Positions 27,299-36,936 of a stretch of 64,000 nt of DNA are shown here, one piece after another. Both the position numbers and the translations under genes were made by a program. The notes below the pieces were generated by a model. The model was not told where the DNA came from. It worked only from the letters and a program-made list of their open reading frames with translations, and did not search any database. Numbering within the stretch: the first letter of the stretch is position 1; every line of letters starts with the position of its first letter. Origin of the DNA: an uncultured Planctomycetota bacterium (lineage in GTDB: Bacteria; Planctomycetota; Phycisphaerae; Tepidisphaerales; Tepidisphaeraceae); contig CAWJEN010000005.1 of NCBI GenBank assembly GCA_963841915.1, positions 96,001 through 160,000 of the forward strand. The letters run 5' to 3'.

Positions 27299-28336
27299 TC
27301 AAGGCTGCCGCAGGACGACGACGCAACCGGCCACCGCCACACACATCGCAGCAACGACCGCAACCCATTGACCGACGAGAGGCCGCACAAGCATCGGCCG
27401 CAGCTTTGCAACCGTCGCCGCCTGATCAAAGGCCAGCGAAGGCAGTGTGGGCGTCACGTTCGCCATCTGTGTTTCAGGCGTCTCGGCGAGCCACTCGACA
27501 AGGTTGGTGCAGAATCGCACGAATTCGGCCGACTCTGCGGCTTCATCATCGAAGGCCAGTGCGACCCGACGTGGCGACTCACTGGCGAATACGAGCGGGT
27601 TGCCCGCCGCGTCCCAGGCGACACCCGGCAAGTCAGGTGCGATCGACGGCCTCGCCAGCAACATCGACTCGTGCTCCAACTGGCGAAGCGGCGGAAACGG
27701 CGAAAGCGTCAAAGGTGATTCGGCTGGGCCGTCGAAAGGGAGAAACGTGATCGCTCCCCCAATGTCGACCACCACCGACTGCTCACCAGGCGTCCGGGTG
27801 CCGGTATAGGCGGTGGCGAAGCGTCTGAAAGGCGCCGGTAAATCAGCAGGCACGTTGAGACGCGGCGCGAAGCGTGCCGGTAGCTCCTCTGCCTCCTCAG
27901 CTTCGCGTGGTGTTGCCGGGGCAATGCGAATGACGCCCGGCGGCACGGCAGCATCGGTCAGCCTGATGTCGCCGTCCTTGCCATGCCGTAAATTGTCTGG
28001 CACGCCCAGTTCCTGCAGCACGGCCGCCAGTCGAGCCTCGGCTTCGGCCAGGCGTGACGGTGACAACGCATCAACCGACACCGTCAGCGGAAGTTGACGC
28101 CCGTGCTGCAACGCCGGTTGCGCTAAGGCGAGCACGGCCAGGACGGTCGCAATCAGCAACAGCAAGACTGGCAGCGGCGGTGGCCGACGGCTCTGCGATC
28201 CACGGCGGGTCGCCATCGCGCGCCAGAGGACAGTGCTCGGCACCTGCGTCGGCGTCGCTGTCGCGCTCCAGAGCCACCACGCTGCCACGGCGACTGGCAG
28301 GAGGAGCAGCAACATCCACGGCGCTAGCAGCGTCAC
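27299..28336 (-). CDS. BatA N-terminal domain membrane protein
   Basis: PWMLLLL...VPSTVLW...LALAQP N-terminus; C-terminal TM segment. Confidence 0.65.
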   Translation of the reverse strand: MTLLAPWMLLLLLPVAVAAWWLWSATATPTQVPSTVLWRAMATRRGSQSRRPPPLPVLLLLIATVLAVLALAQPALQHGRQLPLTVSVDALSPSRLAEAEARLAAVLQELGVPDNLRHGKDGDIRLTDAAVPPGVIRIAPATPREAEEAEELPARFAPRLNVPADLPAPFRRFATAYTGTRTPGEQSVVVDIGGAITFLPFDGPAESPLTLSPFPPLRQLEHESMLLARPSIAPDLPGVAWDAAGNPLVFASESPRRVALAFDDEAAESAEFVRFCTNLVEWLAETPETQMANVTPTLPSLAFDQAATVAKLRPMLVRPLVGQWVAVVAAMCVAVAGCVVVLRQP

Positions 28337-28539
28337 AATTTATTCTTGCGCCGCGCAAGACCACAAGGCCACCAACTGGCGGCCCCGCGGTCGGCAACGG
28401 AACCGGGCCACCTGCCCGGCGCAACGGAATCCTCGGACGGTCGACCATCAACATGGCCGAAAAGGACTCAGACAGTACCGATTGGGTCGCAGTCCGATCG
28501 GCAACTACCACCGTTATCGGCCGCGACCCGTTCACCGCA

Positions 28540-28881
28540 TTATCGGCCAGCAACATTTTCTTCAAGCCACGCTGCCAGCCGCTCAACCACCCGCGAGCGG
28601 GGCCACACCAGCGAAACACCAGCCGACTTGGCCGATGTGATGCGTTCAATCTCCACATGCGGGGCAAACCCGCAGACAGGCCGCCCCGTCCGCTCGTGCC
28701 AGGCCGCCACTGCCTGCACGGCCCCTTCGACGGTCAGGTCGACAACCACCGCCGCCAGGTCGTCCGGCAATGCATCGGCGTGCTTTCGAAGCTCCACCGT
28801 CACGCCCTCGACGCCCGGCCGCCTCAGCCGTGAGGCGAACATCAGGTCGGCCACGATGACGGATACGCGTTGTTCTGCCAC
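28540..28881 (-). CDS. Small receiver-like hypothetical protein
   Basis: VADLMFASRL, VVVDL, GFAPHV; TAGTTT 5 nt before GTG 28881. Confidence 0.6.
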   Translation of the reverse strand: MAEQRVSVIVADLMFASRLRRPGVEGVTVELRKHADALPDDLAAVVVDLTVEGAVQAVAAWHERTGRPVCGFAPHVEIERITSAKSAGVSLVWPRSRVVERLAAWLEENVAGR

Positions 28882-28909
28882 GGCCAAAACTAGCGCTGCC
28901 GCGACCAAC

Positions 28910-29863
28910 TCAGATCTGGAAGTCGAGCGGCACCGGTTCCGTCTCCCGCGACATTGAGCCGTTGCGGTACTTCAGCCGCGGTGCCTCGGCCACAACGCGG
29001 GTGTCGGCAGGCACGCTTTGCGTCAGAAACACGTTGCCCCCAACGGTGCTGCGGTCGCCGATGTGCGTGTCGCCACCGAGGATGGTGGCCCCGGCGTAGA
29101 TCGTGACGTCCTCACCGATGATCGGGTGACGCTGCGTGCCGCGGATCTTCTGCCCTTTGGCCGGTGCGAGCGCGCCGAGCGTGACGCCTTGGTATAGCTT
29201 GCACCCGCGGCCGATGGTGCAGGTTTCGCCGACGACGACACCGGTGCCGTGGTCGATGAACAGGCTTTCGCCGAGCGTCGCGCCGGGATGGATGTCGATG
29301 CCCGTCCGGCCGTGCGCGAACTCAGTCATCACCCTCGGCAGCAACGGCACGTTGAGGTCGTACAGCTCGTGCGCCAGCCGTTGCACCGCGATGGCGAAAA
29401 CGCCCGGATAGCTGAAGATCGCTTCATCCGGGCTCCCCGCTGCCGGGTCACCGTCGAAGTGGGCGGCCACGTCCGTCGCACACAGCGCCCGCACGGCTGG
29501 CAGTCTCGCGGCAAAGGCCAGCACAATCCGCTCGGCCTCTTCGTCGCAAGCCTGCGCCTTTTGCGGACAGTCACCGGCCGCGTCGCGGAACCGCAGGCAG
29601 TAGCGGACCGGCTCGAACAGATCCTCAAACAGCTGACCGACCAGCTCACCCACGTGGTACGGCAGCATCGCGTCGGTCAGCCCCTGGCGGCCAAAGTAAC
29701 CGGGAAAGACAAGCTGCATTAGCGTGCGGACAGCCGTGTGGACCGTCTCGCGATTCGGCAAAAAACCCTCGCCCAACCGGTGGAGCAGCGGTTTTTCTCG
29801 AATGTCTTCAATAAGATCGCTGGAGACGGCATCGAGTTGAGCATCCAGCGCCGGGCGTGCCAT
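28910..29863 (-). CDS. cysE: Serine O-acetyltransferase (long CysE/EpsC form)
   Basis: GDPAA, SYPG, GIDIHPGA, IDHGTGVVVGET, YQGVTLG, RHP. Confidence 0.92.
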   Translation of the reverse strand: MARPALDAQLDAVSSDLIEDIREKPLLHRLGEGFLPNRETVHTAVRTLMQLVFPGYFGRQGLTDAMLPYHVGELVGQLFEDLFEPVRYCLRFRDAAGDCPQKAQACDEEAERIVLAFAARLPAVRALCATDVAAHFDGDPAAGSPDEAIFSYPGVFAIAVQRLAHELYDLNVPLLPRVMTEFAHGRTGIDIHPGATLGESLFIDHGTGVVVGETCTIGRGCKLYQGVTLGALAPAKGQKIRGTQRHPIIGEDVTIYAGATILGGDTHIGDRSTVGGNVFLTQSVPADTRVVAEAPRLKYRNGSMSRETEPVPLDFQI

Positions 29864-29886
29864 GACCGACCGTAGCAACGGCATCC

Positions 29887-30660
29887 TCAGCTCATCGGCG
29901 GCAGGACGAAGAGGCGACCCTCCATCCAGCGAGTCAGCACTTCAACGCCGTAGGCGCTGCGAAGATGTTCGTCCGTCAGCACCTCGCGTGGCCGACCGGC
30001 CACAACAACACGACCACCCTTGAGCAGCACGACGTTGTCTGCAACCTCGGCAGCGAAGCCAAGGTTGTGGCTCGCGATAAGAACGGTTCGACCGGACGCC
30101 TCGAGTGCACGCACTTGCGTCGCGAGCTCAGCAGCCTTAGCCACGTCGAGGTACGCATCTGGCTCGTCAAGCAGCACCGCTGCCGTAGCTTGCCCCTCGA
30201 TCTGCGTTAGCGTGCGGCCGAGCAGAACCCGCTGCCGTTCACCACCTGACAGCGTGCCGATACGGCGCGTCAGCCACGGCTGAAGCCCAAGTCGGTGCAC
30301 AACCTTTTCGGCCGCGTCTCGATCAATATCCGCCTCTGCCCCAAATGCTCCCCAATGCGGTGATCGGCCAGAGGCAAGGCAAGCCGCGACAGTCTCGTCC
30401 GGCTCCCACGCGGGCGACTGTGCCAGTAGAGCGACGCGGCGTGCAAGCTCACGCCGCGACCATTGCTGGAGCGGACGATTGAACCAGGCGACGCTTCCAC
30501 CTGTCCTCGGGCCGCCGAGGCAAGCACGCAGTAGCGAGCTCTTTCCCGCACCATTCGGCCCAACGACAGCCGTCACACGTGCGGCAGGAACCGTCAGCGT
30601 CACGTCGTGCAGCGCACCTTCCACAGTGACGCCCATGAGTTCGATGGCCGTGTCGCTCAC
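29887..30660 (-). CDS. Iron-chelate/cobalamin ABC ATPase
   Basis: GPNGAGKSS, LSGGERQRV, LLDEP. Confidence 0.88.
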   Translation of the reverse strand: MSDTAIELMGVTVEGALHDVTLTVPAARVTAVVGPNGAGKSSLLRACLGGPRTGGSVAWFNRPLQQWSRRELARRVALLAQSPAWEPDETVAACLASGRSPHWGAFGAEADIDRDAAEKVVHRLGLQPWLTRRIGTLSGGERQRVLLGRTLTQIEGQATAAVLLDEPDAYLDVAKAAELATQVRALEASGRTVLIASHNLGFAAEVADNVVLLKGGRVVVAGRPREVLTDEHLRSAYGVEVLTRWMEGRLFVLPPMS

Positions 30661-31643
30661 GCGGCAGTCCTGCCACGCCGGGCGTAGAGGAGCACCAGGA
30701 AGAACGGCCCGCCGATGAGATTCGTCACCACGCCTGCCGGGACCTCGCTGCCGGCGATCTGCACGGCAAAGCGGCCGGTTGCGTCGCTCAAAACCAACAG
30801 TGCGGCTCCGCAAGCGACCGCCGCAGGTAGCACGCGACGCGGGTCGACGCCGACGATCGAGCGGGCCAGGTGCGGCCCCATCAGGCCGACAAATCCGATC
30901 GGACCGGCCACGCCTGTCGCCACGGCGGCGGCCAGGCTGCTGATGGCGATGGTCGTCCAGCGAAGCTTGTTGACGCCGAGGCCCAGCGCCAACGCCTCGT
31001 CGTCACTTTGCCCCATGCCGCTGAGCCTGCCACCGATGAACGCCAACACGCCGCAGGTAAAGACGCACGAGACGCCGAGCCAGAGACGCTGAGCGAGCGT
31101 GGTTGCACCGATGCGACCGAACAGGAAGCTCATTGCCCCACCGGTCGGTTCGCGGACAAGCTGAACGAGCAGCGCGAAGACGCCGCCGCACAGGACGCTG
31201 ACGACCACGCCGACGAGCACCGCCCGACCTGGATCGAGTCGGCCACGGCCACCGGCCAAGACCAGCACGATCATCACAGCCAGCAAGCCACCGGCAAAGG
31301 CGGCCACTTCACGACCGACCGCCGCGAATGCGGCCGGCCAAGCCAACTGCGGCAGCGTCCACGCAAACGCCGCCAATGCCGCACCGCCACTGACCCCCAG
31401 CAGGTACGGCTCTGCCAGCGGATTTCGCAACGTCGCCTGATAACCGACGCCCGCCGCGGCAAGGCTCGCGCCGACGAGGGCCGCTGTCGTTACACGGTCG
31501 AGTCGGATGCTCAGGGCAAACCCGCTCGGCCACGCCACGCCACCCGTGGTGCCGACGAGCAGGCCGACGACGCACGCAACGCACACGCAAACACCGGCGA
31601 TCAGCCAGATCATCGCTAGCGTTCCTCTGGTCAGCGTCCGCAC
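30657..31643 (-). CDS. FecCD/BtuC-family ABC permease
   Basis: RNPLAEPYLLGVSGGA, GPIGFVGLMGPH, GGPFF. Confidence 0.92.
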   Translation of the reverse strand: MRTLTRGTLAMIWLIAGVCVCVACVVGLLVGTTGGVAWPSGFALSIRLDRVTTAALVGASLAAAGVGYQATLRNPLAEPYLLGVSGGAALAAFAWTLPQLAWPAAFAAVGREVAAFAGGLLAVMIVLVLAGGRGRLDPGRAVLVGVVVSVLCGGVFALLVQLVREPTGGAMSFLFGRIGATTLAQRLWLGVSCVFTCGVLAFIGGRLSGMGQSDDEALALGLGVNKLRWTTIAISSLAAAVATGVAGPIGFVGLMGPHLARSIVGVDPRRVLPAAVACGAALLVLSDATGRFAVQIAGSEVPAGVVTNLIGGPFFLVLLYARRGRTAA

Positions 31644-31687
31644 GACTCGACGCTACGGCGGCATGGCGAGATCCGAGCCTGACCTGC

Positions 31688-33511
31688 TCAAGCCATGGCC
31701 TCCCGCTCGGCGGCAACGTCGGCCTGCACATCGAGGGGCTCACCTACAGGCCCGCCGGCGTTGCGGTCTAGCCACGCCGCCAAGGCCGTGCCCGCAGTGT
31801 GGTCGCAAGCCTGCAGGCCGTACGAGTAAGGCCGCAGGCCGAGTGCGTGCGGGAAAGCGATGTCAATGACGCGGCTATTCGCTTTCCCGTCGCGACCGAT
31901 GACGCGGTAGCCGGCGTCGACTTCGATGCCGTCCAGTTCAAAAGCGACTTGCCCATCCACCTCTGCCCTCCGCTCGGGCATGTCATCGAACACGTCGCTA
32001 GCTTGCGCGGCGTCGGCGAATTGCACCCGCGGTGCTCTGACGACGCCTGCGTCGACGAGGCTGCGGAAGGGGTAGTCGTCGATGTTGACCGCGTCTTCGC
32101 CGCTGCAGTTGATGAAAAGCTTGTAGCTGGACGACGTGGTTTCGTCGCCTTGCTCAATCCTGAGATGCGTCTCGCCGTCGGCCTGCTTGTCGACGCTGAC
32201 GTGACCCTCCACCAGGTCGAGTCGGCCGGCCTGTCGCAGGGCGAGCAGCGTCCTGGCCGACTGCAACGGCAAGGCAGCGATGACGTTCATGAGGAAGGAC
32301 ATGACGACCTTTCGCAGGCGAACGTGATCCTCTGCCGGCATCAGCTCTGCATGGAAGTTGAGCGTGTACATGAGGTCATCGAGCACCTCCATCCAGCGGA
32401 TCGGCCGATCCTGCTCAATCGATCGCCGGGCGGCAGGTAGCTCGCTCCGCATTCCGTCAAACGCGTCGTCGTACGTGTGCTTTGCCTCCATCGTCTCGAC
32501 AAAGTCATCGAGTGACAGACCGTCTCGCATGGCGGCGGCGACATCAGATTTGCCGTCGTGAGCGAGTGCGTCGGCCAGCAACGGCCGGCAGACGACGTCG
32601 TAATACTCGTCGAGCCGGAGCCACCCGCGACTATCGCGTAGATCAAGCAGTGCCTCCCGCGACACATGGCGGTAAAGGCTCCGCATCGGTTTAGCCTGCT
32701 CGTACTGCAAGTGCGGCAACCAGCCCTCAGACGAGTGCAGCACGATCCGGAAATCGGGCACATTCGGATCGGGCTCAAAAACGAGTTCGTCGCCCTTCTC
32801 CACGAAAGAGCCGTGACGATGGCTGAGGGAAGCGACGACATCGAACGCACTTAGCGAGGCACCGAGCGTGCCGACAGCGTGGTTGTAGAACTGCCCGTTT
32901 CTTGGTAGCAGCTTGCATATCGGCCAAGGCGAGGCGTAGTAGCCGTTGGCCGGATCATCCCCCTCGGTCGCAGGGTGGCCGGTTGCGATGACGATGGTGT
33001 CAAAGCGTCGGCTGCCGTGCTGCGTCTCGACGTCGACATGATCGTCTTCGTCTTTCACATCGAGCACATGCTGCCCGTGCTCGAGCGTGGCATCGATGCC
33101 TGCCTCTCGCAATTGCCTGAGAATCTCCACAAACTGCGACTCGAAGTACTCGCCCAGCAGCACGCGCGGGTACGTCTCGGCAGGGTCGACCTCATCGCGT
33201 GCGAGTCCGAAAGGCTCGAGCCGCTCGTCGTCAAGATCGCGCAGCCAATCGACGAAGCTCACCTGCAGCCGCGGCAGCTCTTCGCTGGAGATGTTGCAGA
33301 TGTTGTACCGATCGGTTGTCCGCGGGTTGTAAGGCATCCCCATGCCCGGCCGCTCGCCGCGTTCAAAGATGGTAACCGTCAGCCTGCCCGACGAAGCAGT
33401 CGCCTTTTCTACATTGTCAAGCAGATGCTTCAGAAAGTACATGGTCGTCGCACCCGCGCCGATGACGGCAAGGGCGTGCGTGTGCGTGGCGGGCTCCGGC
33501 TGGTGAGACAT
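31688..33511 (-). CDS. FAD/NAD(P)-binding oxidoreductase (YdhS-like)
   Basis: IGAGATT Rossmann motif, GMGMPY, PRVLLGEY, ATGH, GASLSAFD, INCSG. Confidence 0.8.
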   Translation of the reverse strand: MSHQPEPATHTHALAVIGAGATTMYFLKHLLDNVEKATASSGRLTVTIFERGERPGMGMPYNPRTTDRYNICNISSEELPRLQVSFVDWLRDLDDERLEPFGLARDEVDPAETYPRVLLGEYFESQFVEILRQLREAGIDATLEHGQHVLDVKDEDDHVDVETQHGSRRFDTIVIATGHPATEGDDPANGYYASPWPICKLLPRNGQFYNHAVGTLGASLSAFDVVASLSHRHGSFVEKGDELVFEPDPNVPDFRIVLHSSEGWLPHLQYEQAKPMRSLYRHVSREALLDLRDSRGWLRLDEYYDVVCRPLLADALAHDGKSDVAAAMRDGLSLDDFVETMEAKHTYDDAFDGMRSELPAARRSIEQDRPIRWMEVLDDLMYTLNFHAELMPAEDHVRLRKVVMSFLMNVIAALPLQSARTLLALRQAGRLDLVEGHVSVDKQADGETHLRIEQGDETTSSSYKLFINCSGEDAVNIDDYPFRSLVDAGVVRAPRVQFADAAQASDVFDDMPERRAEVDGQVAFELDGIEVDAGYRVIGRDGKANSRVIDIAFPHALGLRPYSYGLQACDHTAGTALAAWLDRNAGGPVGEPLDVQADVAAEREAMA

Positions 33512-33597
33512 CTTGCGCTGAAGCTAGCACCGGCTGACGGCTGATGGAACCGCTGATCAGCGTGTCGAAACTTCCGTCCGTGGCATACGGTTTCCGC

Positions 33598-34095
33598 ATG
33601 AGCGACGACGCCATCCCCGCCTGGAGCGCGACGCTCGAGCACATCGTCGTTTCGCCCGGTCACGACTACTGGGGCAAGGCCGGCCAAGGCCGAATGCAAC
33701 ACGGTGCGCAGCTTGTCGACGAAGTGCAGTGCGTGACAGACATGGGCCTCGAAGGCGACCGCTACTTCGGCGAGAAGCCGGGCGGCAAGGCGCAAGTTAC
33801 CTTCATCAGCGCCGACATAATTGACCAGATCAAGCGGGACTACAAGCTCCAGCAACTTCCGCCCACCGTGTTCCGTCGCAATCTGGTTGTTCGGGGCGTT
33901 GAACTGGGTGAGTTCTTAAACAAAAAGTTCACATTTCAAGGCGTTACGTTCGAAGGCAGCCAGGAGTGCAAGCCGTGTCAGTGGATGGATCGGGCGGTCG
34001 CGCCGGGCGTGCAGGCGTTCATGAAGCAGCCGTTCTTCGGCGGCCTGCGGGCGCGGGTGCTGTCGACGGGGATGCTTCGCGTGGACGCGTCGTGA
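33598..34095 (+). CDS. MOSC-domain protein
   Basis: GLEGDRY, QVTFI, FRRNLVV.G, ECKPCQWM, GGLRARVL; TACGGT 6 nt before ATG 33598. Confidence 0.88.
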   Translation: MSDDAIPAWSATLEHIVVSPGHDYWGKAGQGRMQHGAQLVDEVQCVTDMGLEGDRYFGEKPGGKAQVTFISADIIDQIKRDYKLQQLPPTVFRRNLVVRGVELGEFLNKKFTFQGVTFEGSQECKPCQWMDRAVAPGVQAFMKQPFFGGLRARVLSTGMLRVDAS

Positions 34096-35084
34096 CCAAC
34101 CTTGTCGATGGCTTCAACCGACGGTTTGGCAAGCTGCGGGTGAGCCTGACGCACGCCTGCAATTTCCGCTGCACCTACTGCCGCCCGGCGGAGGGCGTGG
34201 CGGTGCCGCCGGAGTCCAAGCTACTGTCGATCGATGAGATCGTGCGCGTCTGCCGTGTCGCCGCCACACTCGGCATGACCCGCATCCGCCTCACAGGCGG
34301 AGAGCCGCTACTGCGTTCAGGTGTCGTCGGCCTCGTCGCAAAATTGCGTGGTGACGCGCACATCTCTGACGTCGCCATGACCACCAATGCGTCGCTCCTG
34401 CGCCACCATGCGACGCCGCTCCGAGACGCGGGGTTGGAGGGGGTCAACATCAGTCTCGACACCTTGTGTCCTCGCACCGCGGCGAAACTGGCCCGCGGCG
34501 ACGTGCTTGCGGCCGTCCTCGACGGCATCGCCGCCGCTTGCGACGTCGGGCTCGCCGTCAAGCTCAACTGCGTCGTCGTGCCGAATGTCAACGACTCGCC
34601 TGCCGACCTCGCGTCGCTAGTCCGCTACGCGACCGATGTGAACGTGCCGATCCGTTTCATCGAGTACATGCCGATGGGCGTCTCTGGAGACATCAACGGC
34701 TCGGCGATCGTCACCGCCGCGACCATGCGGCAGCGACTCGCCGAGGCGGGCATTGAATTGGCATCCGTCGAACGACCTGACCCGGCCGACCCGGCTTCGC
34801 CTTGGCGGACCGGCGACGGTGGCAGCGTCGGCTTTATTCATTCTGTCAGCCAGCACTTCTGCGACGCCTGCGACCGCATGCGACTCACCGCCGAGGGCAC
34901 GCTTCGGCCTTGCCTGCACCAGGATGTCGAGCACGACCTTCGCCCGCTCCTTCAAGGCGGCTGTAGTGACGGCGACATCGCCGACGCTTTCGTCGCCGCT
35001 GCTGGACTGAAGTGGGCCGGCCATCAGATGAACGGCCTCGTCCCGCTCACCGTCCGTCGCGAGATGGTCACGATCGGCGGCTGA
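34092..35084 (+). CDS. moaA: GTP 3',8-cyclase
   Basis: CNFRCTYC, TGGEPL, FCDACDRMR...CL, C-terminal IGG. Confidence 0.95.
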   Translation: MTNLVDGFNRRFGKLRVSLTHACNFRCTYCRPAEGVAVPPESKLLSIDEIVRVCRVAATLGMTRIRLTGGEPLLRSGVVGLVAKLRGDAHISDVAMTTNASLLRHHATPLRDAGLEGVNISLDTLCPRTAAKLARGDVLAAVLDGIAAACDVGLAVKLNCVVVPNVNDSPADLASLVRYATDVNVPIRFIEYMPMGVSGDINGSAIVTAATMRQRLAEAGIELASVERPDPADPASPWRTGDGGSVGFIHSVSQHFCDACDRMRLTAEGTLRPCLHQDVEHDLRPLLQGGCSDGDIADAFVAAAGLKWAGHQMNGLVPLTVRREMVTIGG

Positions 35085-35100
35085 TCGCATAACCTCACGC

Positions 35101-35346
35101 ATGCGGCAGCGCGTCCTTCTCTTCGGGCCACAAAAAGAGCTAGCCGGCAAGGCGGCCGTCGATCTCACGCTGCCACCGAATACCACCGTTGACGATGTGC
35201 TGCGGCTTGTGGCCGAGGCCGAGCCGGCTTTGGCAGATTCCATCCGAAGCAGCCGCCTTGCCATCAATCACGCTTTTTCCAGAGAAGATCAGCTCATTAT
35301 AGAAGGTGACGAGCTCGCCCTCATCGGCATGATCTCCGGCGGCTGA
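35101..35346 (+). CDS. moaD: Molybdopterin synthase sulfur carrier
   Basis: 81-aa ubiquitin-like protein ending in SGG. Confidence 0.9.
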   Translation: MRQRVLLFGPQKELAGKAAVDLTLPPNTTVDDVLRLVAEAEPALADSIRSSRLAINHAFSREDQLIIEGDELALIGMISGG

Positions 35347-35348
35347 TC

Positions 35349-35753
35349 ATGAGCACGCGCACCATCAACGTCCGACTCGTCAACGGCCCGCTGCGGGCTG
35401 AGGCCGCGCCTTGCGTGATGGGCTGCGGCGCGTTCATCAGCTTCGAAGGCGTCGTCCGGCCGCTCGAAGGTGACAAGCCGCTCCTCTCGCTCGACTATGA
35501 GGCGTACGAGCCGATGACGACAAGCCAGCTGCAGCGACTGGCCGCTGAGGTCGCTCTGAAGCATGAGCTCCACCTCATCGACGTGACGCACTCCGTCGGC
35601 AAGGTGCCCGTCGGCGAGATCTCGTTTCGGCTGCACGTCGCCGCTCCACATCGAGCACCGGCCCTTGCGGCGATGGGCGAGTTCATCGATCGCCTCAAGG
35701 CCGAGGTGCCGCTGTGGAAAGTAGCTCTATACAAGGGCGACGCAGATGTTTGA
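35349..35753 (+). CDS. moaE: Molybdopterin synthase catalytic subunit
   Basis: FEGVVR, YEAYEPM, HR, LK..VPLWK. Confidence 0.92.
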   Translation: MSTRTINVRLVNGPLRAEAAPCVMGCGAFISFEGVVRPLEGDKPLLSLDYEAYEPMTTSQLQRLAAEVALKHELHLIDVTHSVGKVPVGEISFRLHVAAPHRAPALAAMGEFIDRLKAEVPLWKVALYKGDADV

Positions 35754-36936
35754 CCCTCACGCGTTGATTGATCCGCACGAGGCAATCGAGCGTCTGCTGA
35801 CCACGGCGACGCCGGTCGGTGTCGAGTCTGTCTTGCTTCAGAGCAGCTTCGGCCGCGTCTTGGCCGACGATGCGACGGCCGATCGAGATCAACCGCCTTG
35901 CGACGTGAGCGCGATGGACGGCTACGCCATTGCCGAAGGTGCGGCAGGTGCAGTGCCCGTCAGCGGTGAGGCCGTACCCGGTCAACCGCCACCGGAACTT
36001 CTCCCCGGCAAGGCCGTCCGCATCTTCACGGGTGCCCCGGTGCCTGGCAAAGCCTGGGCGGTCGTGCCGCGAGAGCGGACGGTCGAGACGCTCGAGTTGG
36101 TTACGCTGCCTGATGATCTGAGTCTGCCGGCGAACAGGTTTATCCGCAGACGCGGTGAAAATGCCAAAGCCGGCACGCTCGCCCTGCCGCGTGGCATCAC
36201 CATCGGCGGTGTCCAGGCGGCCACCCTTGCCGCCTTCGGACAGCACCGCGTCAGCGTCCACCGTCGCGTCCGATTGGCAATCCTGGTCACCGGTGACGAG
36301 CTTGTACATCACCCTTCGCCGTGGCAAATCCGCGACGCCAACGGACCGGGGTTGCAAGCCCTGTTCGCTAACGTGCCTTGGCTCGACGTGCTGCCGACGC
36401 GTCACGCAAAGGACGACCGCAAGCAGATGGCGTCATCGGTCTCGGCATTGCTCGACGATTCTGACGTCCTGCTCATAACGGGTGGCGTTTCGATGGGTGA
36501 TCATGATCACACGAAGGAGGCGTTGCTCGACACTGACTGCCGCCTGCTGTACCACGGCCTGACGATGAGACCGGGAAAGCCCAACCTCGGCGCGGTCGGC
36601 CCTGCCGGGCAAATTGTGCTGGGTTTGCCGGGAAATCCGATGTCGGTCCTGACAGGCAGTCGCTTGCTGGCGACGCCGGCGCTTCGGAAACGAGCCGGCT
36701 TTGCCGAGCCTGCCGAGCGAATGGCGACGGTTTGGCTTACCGCAGCCGACCACAAGACGTTACACCTGTGGCACTACCGGCCGGTCCGACTGACAACAGA
36801 AGTCCGCGCCGAGCTGGCCTTACCCAGCAGTAGCGGCGACACGGTCGGGCCGGCCGTCAGTGACGGCTTCGTCGCTGTTCCACCACGGACGCGTAGTGAG
36901 GGGCAGCTGCCGTTCTACCCTTGGCTCACCGCATGA
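35746..36936 (+). CDS. moeA: Molybdopterin molybdotransferase
   Basis: SAMDGYA, IFTGAPVP, TGDEL, GGVSMGD, RPGKP, LPGNP. Confidence 0.94.
   Translation: MFDPHALIDPHEAIERLLTTATPVGVESVLLQSSFGRVLADDATADRDQPPCDVSAMDGYAIAEGAAGAVPVSGEAVPGQPPPELLPGKAVRIFTGAPVPGKAWAVVPRERTVETLELVTLPDDLSLPANRFIRRRGENAKAGTLALPRGITIGGVQAATLAAFGQHRVSVHRRVRLAILVTGDELVHHPSPWQIRDANGPGLQALFANVPWLDVLPTRHAKDDRKQMASSVSALLDDSDVLLITGGVSMGDHDHTKEALLDTDCRLLYHGLTMRPGKPNLGAVGPAGQIVLGLPGNPMSVLTGSRLLATPALRKRAGFAEPAERMATVWLTAADHKTLHLWHYRPVRLTTEVRAELALPSSSGDTVGPAVSDGFVAVPPRTRSEGQLPFYPWLTA

Noticed and set aside
31644..31687. Cobalamin riboswitch before the FecCD permease
   Set aside because: The gap is only about 44 bp and shows no B12-box
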